DNA from: Macrostomum lignano
Taxonomy: Eukaryota
Assembly (NCBI GenBank): GCA_002269645.1
Contig: NIVC01002286.1
Span: 122,820 to 186,819 of the forward strand
Direction: 5' to 3'
DNA: 64,000 bases
Below are positions 23,117 to 33,383 of this stretch, piece after piece. The notes beneath the pieces were generated by a model. It did not search any database and was not told where the DNA came from. It saw only the letters and a program-made list of their open reading frames with translations. The position numbers and the translations under genes were made by a program. Position 1 is the first letter of the stretch. Every line of letters begins with the position of its first letter.

Positions 23117-26100
23117 AACGCGGATCACCATGTTCACCATGATAAGAGAGGGTGGAAGAGATTGGAAGGGTATGCTGTGAAACCCGCTACCAACGCGCAG
23201 GAAGACAGGAGAGGCTGGAGAACTGAGCGGCTTGACAGGGACGGCGATGTGGAACCCAACCCTGGCCCGTGCGCCAGATGTGGAAAAAACATCACTAGGG
23301 GCCAAAACCCGGTCCGCTGCGTCGGCTGCGGTAACGAAGTCCACGGCAGCTGCACAGGCTTGACTAGAGCGGGCCAGAGCAAAGCGAGAGAAGGAAAGAA
23401 GGATTGGAAGTGCGGCGGATGCTCTCAGCAGGAGGATTGGTTGGCGGAAGATGCCGCGGCGGCTGAGGAGAGAAGAAAACGCTGCATCGAGAGGATCGAG
23501 AAGGGTAGCAGATGTGCTAAGCCTGGCTGTGGAGGCAAGCTCAAGGTCACTAAGGTTATTGCGCGGTGCACTAGATGTGACGAACTGTTCCATAACAAGT
23601 GTACTGGAGCCAGCAGAGCTCAAATCGACGGTGAAATTAAAAAAGGCCTTTGGACCTGCCAGATGTGCTCAGACAAGTTGGAAAGAGCCAGAACCGATAA
23701 TATCGCCGTGGATAAGGAAGAGACCAGAAACCCGGCCGGCGAGGGCTGGTCGAGCGCCCGGAGGGAAAACCTGAGGATTCTGCAATGGAACGCCGATGGC
23801 ATTAGAAATAAGAAAGTGGAGCTTGAGCGGTTTCTGAAAGCGCATGACATTGACGTGGCTGTCATTCAGGAATCTAAACTTGACAGCGAGTCGCCAACCC
23901 CCCGCTTCGCCGGCTACACCACCGCCCGGAAGGACAGGGTGGAGATCCGCAGAAGCGATAAGTCTAAAGGGGGAGGCCTGATCACCCTGATCAAGCACAA
24001 TCTTCCTTTCAAGCGCTGGACAGGCTGGAAAGGCACTACCACGGAGGGCTGCCGCGTGATCGTGGACGTTAACAGGAAGGAAAGGTGTGTCATCACTAAT
24101 GTTTACCGCCCCCCTGTGCGCACTGTCGAAGGCAGTGACGACAGGGAGGATGATAGTGTCTGGAGCTGGCTTAAACCAGACAGAAGAGAGCTGATTCTCG
24201 GCGACTTAAACCTACACAGCAGAAGCTGGGGAAGCTGCGACGACCAAGGAAGAGACAGCAGAAGGGAGGCTTTAGAGCTGGAATCCTGGTGCGAAGAATT
24301 TGACTACAGGATCCTAAACGATGGAGCCGCGACGCGCGTGGATTGGCGTACAGGACGGACCAGCGTCCCGGACATTTCGTTGGCGGCGGGAGAGCTGGCG
24401 GAGCGCTGCGAGTGGAAAACCCTCGAAGGTCTCGGCTCAGACCATCTCCCCATCCTGGTCACCGTGGCTACCAGGAGAGAAATCCGGCAAAAGAAGACCA
24501 AGCTAAACTGGGCGTGGAAGAAAGCGGACTTCTCGGAGTTCCAACGTAATGCGGATGATCTGTTCGAGAAAGTGCCAAGGACCGAGTTAGCAGCCGAGGT
24601 CAGAGGGCTGAGTGCAGCCATGGTCAAGGCGGCGGAGTTGAGCATCCCTAAGAAGAAAGTGGGAGGAAAGTACAAACCTTTTTGGGACGATGAACTGAGC
24701 GCTCTGCAGAATGAGCGGGACAACTGCTCTAGAAGCACGACTGTCAGCAGAGAAAAGTGGTTGGAGGTAAACAGGAACCTGGAGGCTAAAATCAGGGAAA
24801 AGAAGCGGTCCTTCTGGGCCGAACATGTGGAAAGCCTTAAAGAAAACGACGACGGGAAGAAGACCTGGAGTACCATCAAATCACTGTACTCAGCTAGAGA
24901 TACTGCCCCGCCTAACCAAATTTTAGCTGACAAAGGGCGCGAAGCCAGATCGGATGTCGAAAAGGCGGCTGTGTTCGTTAGCATGTACGCTGATAACAGT
25001 AAGGTCAAGATCGGGAAGGCGGACCGGGTCAAGCGGGTGGAGGTGGCTAGAAGACTAAGAGCCTATAACGCGCACCAGGAGTTTGACACACCATTCGTTA
25101 TGGATGAGATGGATGATGCGCTCAAGCTGATGGACCCAACGAAGAAGGGGGGAGTTGACGGAGTTGAAGTTCGGCTTCTTAAAAACCTCTCCGTAGTAGG
25201 CCGTCAGAGATGGTTGGATGTTTTCAACAGAAGCTGGGCAGATGAGCTATGCCCTGGGTCCTGGAAGAAAGCGGAAATCGTTCCGTTGCTTAAACCCGGC
25301 AAAGACCCAGCGGCGAAGGAATCCTACAGACCGGTCAGCCTAACTCCGGTCTGCGCCAAGCTCATGGAAAGGATGGTCGTGAACAGGTTGTACTTCTGGC
25401 TGGAGGAGAATAACATCATTCAGCCCTGGCAAGCCGGCTTCCAGAGGGGCAGAAGCACCGAGGAACAGGTGCTCAGGCTTGTGCAGCACATTCAAGACGG
25501 CTGGGAGAGCAAAAAACCAAAAAAAACTCTGGCCGTGACATTGGACTGTTCGAAAGCGTTCGAAAAAGTTTGGAGAGTGAAACTCCTTGAGAGAATGATG
25601 GAGGAGGGCGTCCCAGCCAGGATCACAAGGTGGTTTGCTAGCTTCTTGGAAGGAAGACAAGCCAGAGTCCGTGCCGGGGACGGCAACAGCAAATACAGAC
25701 GCCTCCAGGAAGGTCTCCCGCAGGGCGCGGTGAGCTCCCCTGTTCTGTTCCTCCTGTATGTAAATGGTTGGACCGGTGTGAAAGAGGAGGGAGTGCAGTA
25801 CGGCGGCTTCGCGGATGACCTGGCAGTCTGGTGCAGCGGAGATGACACCGAGGAGATCACTAAACGCCTGCAGCGTGCGCTGGATAAGATCGGCGGCTGG
25901 GCGGATGGCCTTAAAATTGAGCTGAACCCAGGGAAGTGCGAATCCTGCCTCTTCAGCAAGTCCACGAAAGACAAAAATCGCCACCCGAAGCTCTGGATTA
26001 GCGGAAAGGAGATCGCGGGGAAAGTCTCGCTTAAGTACCTGGGAGTGCGCATCGACCGTGGCCTCAATTTCCAGGAACACACGGACGCCGTGGTCGATAA

Positions 26101-27466
26101 AATGCGCCGAAGAAGCAGGGTTCTCAAGGCGGTGGCCAATACGGAATGGGGCTGGCAGGCGGAGAGTCTAAAGAAAGTTTACTCTGCGATCGTTGAGAGC
26201 TGCGTTTGGTACGCCGCGGCAGCTTGGTTACCCTGGATTTCGAAGACCAACGTTCAAAAGATCGAGCGGGCGCAGCGTGAAGCCCTCCGTCTGACAGCTG
26301 GGCTCGTGAAATCAACGCCGGTGGAAGCGGTTCACCTGGAAACAGGAATCCCGCCCATTTCCGAAAAAGCGATCCTGCGCTGCGTTCTCGAATGGGAGAA
26401 AGCTGAGCGCGAGCCCCGACCCAGCCTCAAGCGTGATATGTGCGACATCGTCCTCCCCAGGAGACTTAAGGCAAACAAGGGATGGCGCGAGCAAGCGAGG
26501 TATGAAAGTAGATCCATCAGCGAGGCTCCCAGGGAGGAATTCATGAGGAAAAGGCACCCCCCTTGGAGAAGGCTCAGACTCGACGGGGTCGGGTTGTTTC
26601 CCGACCTATCCGGCAATGCCAAGAAGGGTGATGAAGACATCGCAGAAGACGCGGCTCGAACCATCCAGGAAAGAGGTCAGGTCGAGTTGAAAATCTTCAC
26701 GGACGGCTCTGTAGACGGAAACGGAAGGAACGGAGGAGCGGCCTGTGTCGCCTGGTGCGATGAACGTGAGTACTGCAAGTTAGCTGCAGCGGGCGAATTC
26801 TGTAGCTCCCTTATCGCGGAAAGAACGGCTTTGCACCTGGCGCTAGATCTTGTGGAAGAGCTGAGGCCAAGTAGCGCTCTCATCCTGACTGACAGCAAGT
26901 CCGCCGTCTTGGCCACCGGTACCGAGAGGGTCACTGGAAACAGGAGCCAATTTAACTTGATTGACAGGCTCAGGAGGACGAGTGTATGGTGCAGCATCAC
27001 CCTCCAGTGGATCCCAGGCCACTGCAGCATCGCTGGAAATGAGAGGGCCGACGAGCTGGCAAAGCAGGCAGCGCTCTTGCCCCAAGGGCAGACGGCCGTT
27101 GAGTTTGAGGCGTTACGCAGACACCTGAAGCACCGGTGGAGGCCCTGCATAAATGACCCCCGTCTGCGCTCGGTGTACGGTGGTGTGATTGAACGCGCGG
27201 AATGTGGCAGGAAAGTTGCTTCCATCTTAGCCCAGCTCAGGTCTGGTCACTGCAGACTCACTAAGTACTGGAGGCAGAAGATTGGTCTGGAAGCAGAAGG
27301 CGTTTGCGAGGACTGCGGTGACATAGAAGATAAAGACCACTGGTGGTCGTGCGCGCGTTGGGACGGGCTTCGGCAGCACACTGGTCTGCGTGAACTGAAG
27401 GATCTGCGCGAGGAGAACATGGTGATAGGGTTCTTGAGGGTGGCCCACCCGCAGTGGATCACCTGA
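23081..27466 (+). CDS. LINE polyprotein (1461 aa): 2A peptide - 2x PHD finger - AP endonuclease - reverse transcriptase - RNase H - C-terminal CCHC-like motif
   Basis: 2A motif DGDVEPNPGP. Two C4HC3-like fingers. APE motifs LQWNADGI, IQESKL, GDLNLH, SDHLP. RT motifs YRPVSLT, QAGF, PQGAVSSPVLF, FADD, YLGV. RNase H motifs FTDGS, TDSKS, WIPGH...GNERADELAK. No stops or frameshifts. Confidence 0.92.
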   Translation: MRVPNLDTNTRSNADHHVHHDKRGWKRLEGYAVKPATNAQEDRRGWRTERLDRDGDVEPNPGPCARCGKNITRGQNPVRCVGCGNEVHGSCTGLTRAGQSKAREGKKDWKCGGCSQQEDWLAEDAAAAEERRKRCIERIEKGSRCAKPGCGGKLKVTKVIARCTRCDELFHNKCTGASRAQIDGEIKKGLWTCQMCSDKLERARTDNIAVDKEETRNPAGEGWSSARRENLRILQWNADGIRNKKVELERFLKAHDIDVAVIQESKLDSESPTPRFAGYTTARKDRVEIRRSDKSKGGGLITLIKHNLPFKRWTGWKGTTTEGCRVIVDVNRKERCVITNVYRPPVRTVEGSDDREDDSVWSWLKPDRRELILGDLNLHSRSWGSCDDQGRDSRREALELESWCEEFDYRILNDGAATRVDWRTGRTSVPDISLAAGELAERCEWKTLEGLGSDHLPILVTVATRREIRQKKTKLNWAWKKADFSEFQRNADDLFEKVPRTELAAEVRGLSAAMVKAAELSIPKKKVGGKYKPFWDDELSALQNERDNCSRSTTVSREKWLEVNRNLEAKIREKKRSFWAEHVESLKENDDGKKTWSTIKSLYSARDTAPPNQILADKGREARSDVEKAAVFVSMYADNSKVKIGKADRVKRVEVARRLRAYNAHQEFDTPFVMDEMDDALKLMDPTKKGGVDGVEVRLLKNLSVVGRQRWLDVFNRSWADELCPGSWKKAEIVPLLKPGKDPAAKESYRPVSLTPVCAKLMERMVVNRLYFWLEENNIIQPWQAGFQRGRSTEEQVLRLVQHIQDGWESKKPKKTLAVTLDCSKAFEKVWRVKLLERMMEEGVPARITRWFASFLEGRQARVRAGDGNSKYRRLQEGLPQGAVSSPVLFLLYVNGWTGVKEEGVQYGGFADDLAVWCSGDDTEEITKRLQRALDKIGGWADGLKIELNPGKCESCLFSKSTKDKNRHPKLWISGKEIAGKVSLKYLGVRIDRGLNFQEHTDAVVDKMRRRSRVLKAVANTEWGWQAESLKKVYSAIVESCVWYAAAAWLPWISKTNVQKIERAQREALRLTAGLVKSTPVEAVHLETGIPPISEKAILRCVLEWEKAEREPRPSLKRDMCDIVLPRRLKANKGWREQARYESRSISEAPREEFMRKRHPPWRRLRLDGVGLFPDLSGNAKKGDEDIAEDAARTIQERGQVELKIFTDGSVDGNGRNGGAACVAWCDEREYCKLAAAGEFCSSLIAERTALHLALDLVEELRPSSALILTDSKSAVLATGTERVTGNRSQFNLIDRLRRTSVWCSITLQWIPGHCSIAGNERADELAKQAALLPQGQTAVEFEALRRHLKHRWRPCINDPRLRSVYGGVIERAECGRKVASILAQLRSGHCRLTKYWRQKIGLEAEGVCEDCGDIEDKDHWWSCARWDGLRQHTGLRELKDLREENMVIGFLRVAHPQWIT

Positions 27467-27507
27467 GAGCTCCGGTCCGAGGCACACACACACACACAAC
27501 AGCATCA

Positions 27508-27539
27508 GCCTCCGGCCGCAAAGAGGGGACGACAGCTAG
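27508..27539 (+). CDS. pPolB exon 1, 3' part (PPAAKRGRQL; basic NLS-like)
   Basis: Continues the exon-1 frame after LINE removal; followed by a consensus AG|GTGAGT donor. Confidence 0.65.
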
Positions 27540-27559
27540 GTGAGTCTTGCAAGTCTGTG

Positions 27560-27995
27560 TAAAAATTTCTTTTTCATCTTTATCTTTTACGAAACTCCAA
27601 ATTCGGGATTATTGAATAATATAGGGCTGTTCTCTGTAAAAACTGCTTTTTCATCTTTGGCATTCATTTGGCTTTCGCAAACTCAAAATAAGGCTTATTG
27701 AAATAATAGGAGGCCCCACTGTAAAACTGCTTTTCACCCTTCGCATTCAGAGTTGCTTTGCAAACTGTAAATTCAGCTTATTGAAATAATAGGACTCTCT
27801 GAAAAACTGCTTTTTATACATTAGCCTCAATTATTTTCATCTTTAGCATTTGCAAAATCTAAAATTAGAAAAATAGGGTTGTATAACTGCGCTTTTCAGC
27901 TTTAGCATTAGTGTGATTTGCAAACTTTTCGCTTGTTGAAATATGGGCTTTCTTTGAAAACCACTGCTGCTTTTCATCTTTAGCATTCATTTTGG
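27560..27995. repeat. Degenerate ~80-bp tandem repeats in pPolB intron 1
   Basis: Recurrent AAAACTGCTTTT..CATCTTT.GCATT and CTTATTGAAATAATAGG blocks, roughly 5-6 units. Confidence 0.65.
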
Positions 27996-28836
27996 GTTAA
28001 AATTTCTGAATTTCCTCTTGACATAGATGTTGAAGTTGGATTTCTCAAATTCAGGCCTGCTGAAATAACAGAGTTTTAGAGAATATCCGCAACAGCAGTA
28101 TAGCCAGATAATGCCTGTAGAGGATAGTCATAAAATTTCAGGGGTTATGTGACTAGAGAAGCAAAAACAGCAATCCTGTGGCGCGCGCGTGACTCAGCGG
28201 GGGGGGGGGGCGGGCAGGCGGCAGTGATAAAATCAACCCCCGATTTTTGGGCATGATGATGTAATCACCGCTGCAATTGTAGGGGTTTTGGCAGCAATAA
28301 AACTTGGCTGCTACAGTGAGGGTTATTAATCAGACAGCTTTAAAAATCCAAAAGCGGCCGCGCGGTATTGTTGCTAGGTGTCAAGGAGGCACAATGGAGG
28401 CACGTGCTGATAGGGGGTTTTCTTAAATTTTACTATGTCTGCTGCGGCAGGATCAGTGTTATCAGGGTCATCAATCAAACATTTTTGACAGCCTAAAATT
28501 CGAAGCGGGGGTCAATCAAACCCACATTTCTTTTGTTGCTACGTGTCGGAACGTGCCGAGTTGGGGTTTTTACAACTCGCCGATCTTTGTTGCTTGGGGT
28601 GGGGCGATAAAATTGCTGCTGCTGCAGGCAATCAATCAAAAATTTTTGACAGTTGTAAAATTCCAAGCGGTCAGAATTTTAGTCACCATGCGCATTTTTA
28701 TTGCAGATTTGGCTCAATTTCAACCCCCGCCCCAGCCCGACACTGTCGAAGGCGATGGTAAGGAGTTGATTTTATTTCATGAGTCATTCACCTGCCGCCT
28801 CTCGCAATTCTAATTTCAAAACCCTCCATTTTTCAG

Positions 28837-31800
28837 GCTTCATTGCGCGTCTTGGCGGGGCGAAAGCCCTGCCTAAGTTTAGAGCCAAGGGCTACGAATA
28901 TGAAGTAGCATTAGCAAATACTACCGATGTTCGCTCAACGATTGCAGAGGTTATTTCTGTACTCTGTGCGGACCTACACGCAAACGATTTTGTTTCGGCC
29001 AAACTAACGGCGGATAACATGCTGCTCACGGTTAATGTCCCGCCGGTCCGCGCCGCCCGCTTCACTGCAGATCTTGTTTTCAAGCACATCAACAAGGTTC
29101 TGCAGTCGGACTCTAGTGTCTTGGGCAACAACTTTAAATTGTTTTTGCTCAAGGCCTGGGTCCCGCGGGGCGGCTGCGGCAGCCTAGATGCAGCGGAGCG
29201 CCATATTCAGGCACGCCATGCTATGGGCTATAATTATGCTGTCATCGCCAACCGCGACAAGCGGTGCCTCATTCGGGCGCTGATTGTCGCCAAGGCCTTT
29301 GCCGACCTGGAGGCCAAGGCCATTACTAAGCAAACTTGGCGGACCATCAAGGCCGACTCCCCAATGCAGAAGAAGCTGACTGGGGAGTTACAAATTGCAG
29401 CCAAATTGTATTCGGTGAGTAAAAAATGTTCTTGCACATTTTAATTTGCATTTTTATTAATATACAAATGTTTTAGTCTTTATCAACCATTGCACAGGCC
29501 GGGCCTTTCGGGGTTGATGTGCTCCCCCAACTGCTCGCGGCCCTGAACGCCCAGTCGCCCGGCCGGGATTTCGGCGTCCGGGTATACAGTGCCGAGGAGG
29601 GCAATACATGTGTGTATGCCCTGCCCGGCCGCGAAGTGCTGAATCTGCACCTAATTGGAGAGCACTTTAACACGGTGTGCAAGGTGCCGCCATTTTTCGG
29701 TGCCCGCCGCTATTGTGACCGCTGCCAGCAACCGTACGACTGTAACTCTGGAAAGCACAAGTGCACCAACACCTGCCCTCAATGTAAAGTGCCCGGCGCC
29801 AATTGCAAGAGCCTTCAGCGTGACTATAAGCGCTGCGCTGATTGTGGCCTCAAGTGCTACAATCAGCAGTGCTTTGAGAACCACCGCCGGAAAAACCGGG
29901 CGGGGCGGTCGCGTTGCGATTCAATCCGCGTCTGCCCCAAATGCGGATATTTGGAGGAGATGAAAGCGGGCCAGAAGGAGCCGGAACACAAGTGCGGGTA
30001 TGTCAAGTGCCCACTGTGTAAACAGTACGACGAGGCCGGCTCACATTTGTGTTTCGTCAAGGCTCCCAAAGTGAAAGCTTCGACTATGCCGTACGTGTTC
30101 TACGATACGGAAACGTACACGGACGAGGAGAAGCAGCATCACGTGCATCTGGTGACTGCCGTCACGTGCTGCGAGACCTGCTCCGGCCGGGCGTTTCCGC
30201 GCGAGACTTGCCGCCTCTGCAATGGCTTGCATAGCGCCGCCAATTGTCTGACTGGCCGCGATCTGGGGGAGGAATTTTCCAATTGCGTCAGCCACTCAGA
30301 CTGCGCCTGCCAAATGGCCGATTTTGTGGCTGTGGGCCCGGCCTCGCTGATTGCGTTTTTCACCTGGCTGAGCACCACATTCCGTGGCGGCGCCATTGTT
30401 GTCGCGCACAACGCCTCAGGCTATGATGCGTTCCTACTGCTTGGCGCTCTGCTCAACGGCCTGGCCAAGAAGCGGCCCCAAGTACTGTTCCAGGGCAGCC
30501 GGCTAATGAGCATGACGGTGGATAAATTGGTATTTAAAGATTCGTTAAATTTTATACCAATCCCGCTTGCGCAATTCCCAAAAGCGCTGGGGCTCGCTGA
30601 CACAAAGCTGGCCAAGGGGACGTTTCCCCACGAGTTCAACAAGCCGGCTAATTGGAACTACGTGGGCCCCTACCCGGCTATTGAATATTATGGCGGCAAA
30701 GCAAACAAGGACTATGACTCAATCTGTGCTTGGCTAGCCTCGCGACAGGGCGAGTTGTTCAACTTTAATCGGGAGTATCTCGATTATTGTTTGAGCGACA
30801 CAGTCCTGCTTCGCGAGGGCTGCATCAAGTACAGGTCGATAATTGGAGACATTTGCGACGGCCTGGAACCGTTTGTTCAGGCCAACACGATTGCCAGTTT
30901 GGCAATGGCCGTTTTCACCACCCGATTTATGGAGCCCAACTCGGTCGGCGTGATTGCCCGGCAGGCCGACCAGCAGTCATTCAAGGCGCGCAAGTGGCTG
31001 ACCTATTTGAATGCCACCGAATTTGGCGGGCGGCTGCGCACCTGCGACTCGACTGACGGCGAGGCTGTCATTCTTGGCCGCAAGGTGGATGGTTTTGATG
31101 AGGCGAGCAACACTGTCTTGCAGTTTCATGGCTGTTTCTACCATGGCTGCGAGCAGTGCATGCCTGATCAGGATGCTGTCCACCCGCTCAAACGGCAGCC
31201 TCTGAGCCACATCCGCCACGAGACTGAGTGGTTCACTCGCGAGTTGGAGCGGCACAATTACAGTGTTCGTGTCATTTGGGAACACGAATACGACACTGTA
31301 CTGGCATCGCAGGCCGATTTTATCGCCGCAACTGCACATCTGCGCGCTCCGCTCAAGATGGAGGATGCTCTCTACGGCGGCCGCGTAGAGTGTTTTATCC
31401 CGCATGCTGTGGCCAGCGAGACTGAGACTCTCAAATATCGGGATGTGGTGAGTAGTGATACTACTAATATAGTAGAATATTTTGCAAAAATACAGTTTAT
31501 GAAAATAATGTTTTATTTCAACTGGCAGGTCTCTCTGTACCCGACGGTGCAGTCAAAGGACCCATACCCGATTGGCCACCCGGTGCAACATCCGACGCCG
31601 CAAGTGCTAGATTCTGACGCGCTGGCTAGTTACTTTGGTATTGCCAAAGTGACTGTGTTGCCGCCGTCAAATTTGCACATTCCGCTGCTGCCATACAGAG
31701 TGCAAAAGAAGCTCTTTTTTGGGCTTTGCCGCACCTGTATGGAGCAGCAGCAGTGCGGCGACGATTGTGACCACTCAGACGAGCAGCGGGCACTGACTGG

Positions 31801-32912
31801 TACCTGGGCACCGCCGGAGCTGAGGAAGGCCTTCCAGTTGGGCTACCGGCTGCAGGCGGTACACGCGCTAGCCTACTGGACAGAGAAGCGGACCGGCCTG
31901 TTCAGTGACTATGTTAGCACCTTCCTCAAGCTGAAGGCCGAATCGAGCGGCTCCCCCGGCATGTCTGATGAAGACAAGGCCGCCTACATTGCCGATTTCT
32001 TTGCAAAGGAGGGCGTCACGCTGGACAAGGTCGAGCCCAACCCAGGACTTCGCTTTGTAGCGAAAATCTTTTTGAATTCGTAAGTAATTATAAATTCTGT
32101 TTTTAAAACGATTTTCTTCTACTAACAGTAGCACTTCTTTTCACAACACACAGGCTCTGGGGCAAATTTTGTCAGCGTGACGACCTGACATCGACAGAAA
32201 TTGTATCCAGCTACGAGGACTGGCTCGCCCGGCTGACCGACCCCAACCTCAAAGTCAAGGCCTGCGAACCGATTGGCAGCGAGTTTATGCTGCTAGAGTA
32301 CCGGCACCGTTACTTTAATCAGCGGCCGTTCCGGTACTCCAATGTGCCAATCGGAGTCTTTACGACCACGCAGGCCCGGCTGCGCCTGTACGAGGCCTTG
32401 GAGGGGCTCGGCGAACGGGCCATTTACTGCGACACTGACTCGTAAGTATTGCATTGATAAATTATTTTAGAATTGAATAGTTGGCATGTGGAAGTAATTA
32501 TCTCTCTCCCCCCACACCCAGGGTCGTTTACCGGCATTCCGAGGGCCAATGGGAGCCGCCCCATGGCACGAGCCTCGGAATGTGGACCGACGAGGTGTCC
32601 GCAGGCAGCCGGATGACCGACTTTGTAAGTGGAGGGCCCAAGCTCTACACTTACATTGTCGAGGATGCGGCCGGTGTCCGGAGTCAGGTCTTGAAATGCA
32701 AGGGCATCCGCCTGACTCCGGAGATTCGGGAACGCAGCGACGAATTGCGCAATGCCCTGCTACACGGCGGCTCCCTGCAGCTGCCGCAGCTTCAGTTTAG
32801 GCGCGACAAGGCGTCTTGCACCATACACACTGTTAGTATGGACAAGACGTTTCAGCGCGTCCTGACGAAGCGCGTGTACGGGGCCGGCAGCAGGCCTTAT
32901 GGCTATAAATAA
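28837..32912 (+). CDS. Protein-primed family B DNA polymerase (pPolB), exons 2-6
   Basis: Exons 28837-29414, 29498-31447, 31529-32079, 32154-32441, 32522-32912 (TAA), all GT-AG and phase-compatible. Splicing restores motif A (YRDVVSLYP), motif B (KIFLNSLWGKF) and motif C (YCDTDS). Exo motifs FYDTET, AHNASGYD, YCLSDTVLL. Also KGTFPHEFN, LYGGRVE, GGPKLY, KCKGI. With exon 1 the CDS totals 3894 nt (1297 aa). Confidence 0.93.
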
Positions 32913-33383
32913 TGTAATCCAATTATAACTGACAATTCAATGTACATTTTGCAATATTAAATTAGTAAAATCTATTTATTGTACATAATTTGCATTGTAA
33001 TACTGCTGTATTTATCAGAATCTATTTGCTGTATATATTTCAATGTACATAGAGCATTTTTGCATTGCGTGTGGCGAAATTGCCAATGTAAAAATCTATT
33101 GTACATATTTTGCATGTCAAACCTGTTTAAAATCATTTATGAAGAGAAAATTATTGAAAAACAATGTAAAATTTTCTGTTTATTCTATTTGCTGGTGATG
33201 GTGTACATGTCTTGATTCCTGTAATATGCTACTGATTAAATGTAAATATATCTTCATTGTAAATACTTATACATGATGTGCGCTACACGGTTAGTTGACT
33301 CATTTGGTAGTAGATGAGATTAGTAATTCTCACCTCTGTGTACATGTAGCATTGTACATGTAATGTTGGTGCGCGCGGGACGT

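Larger units (their letters stand above)
23047..27495 (+). mobile_element. Full-length Ingi-clade-like (I group) non-LTR retrotransposon
   Basis: 12-bp TSD ACAACAGCATCA at 23035-23046 and 27496-27507; 5' HDV-like ribozyme; single intact ORF; 3' UTR of ~16 nt followed by a (CA)n tail. Confidence 0.9.

Noticed and set aside
31448-31528. VSSDTTNIVEYFAKIQFMKIMFYFNWQ as a protein insertion in motif A
   Set aside because: It is an 81-nt AT-rich GTGAGT...CAG intron; removing it restores DVVSLYP.
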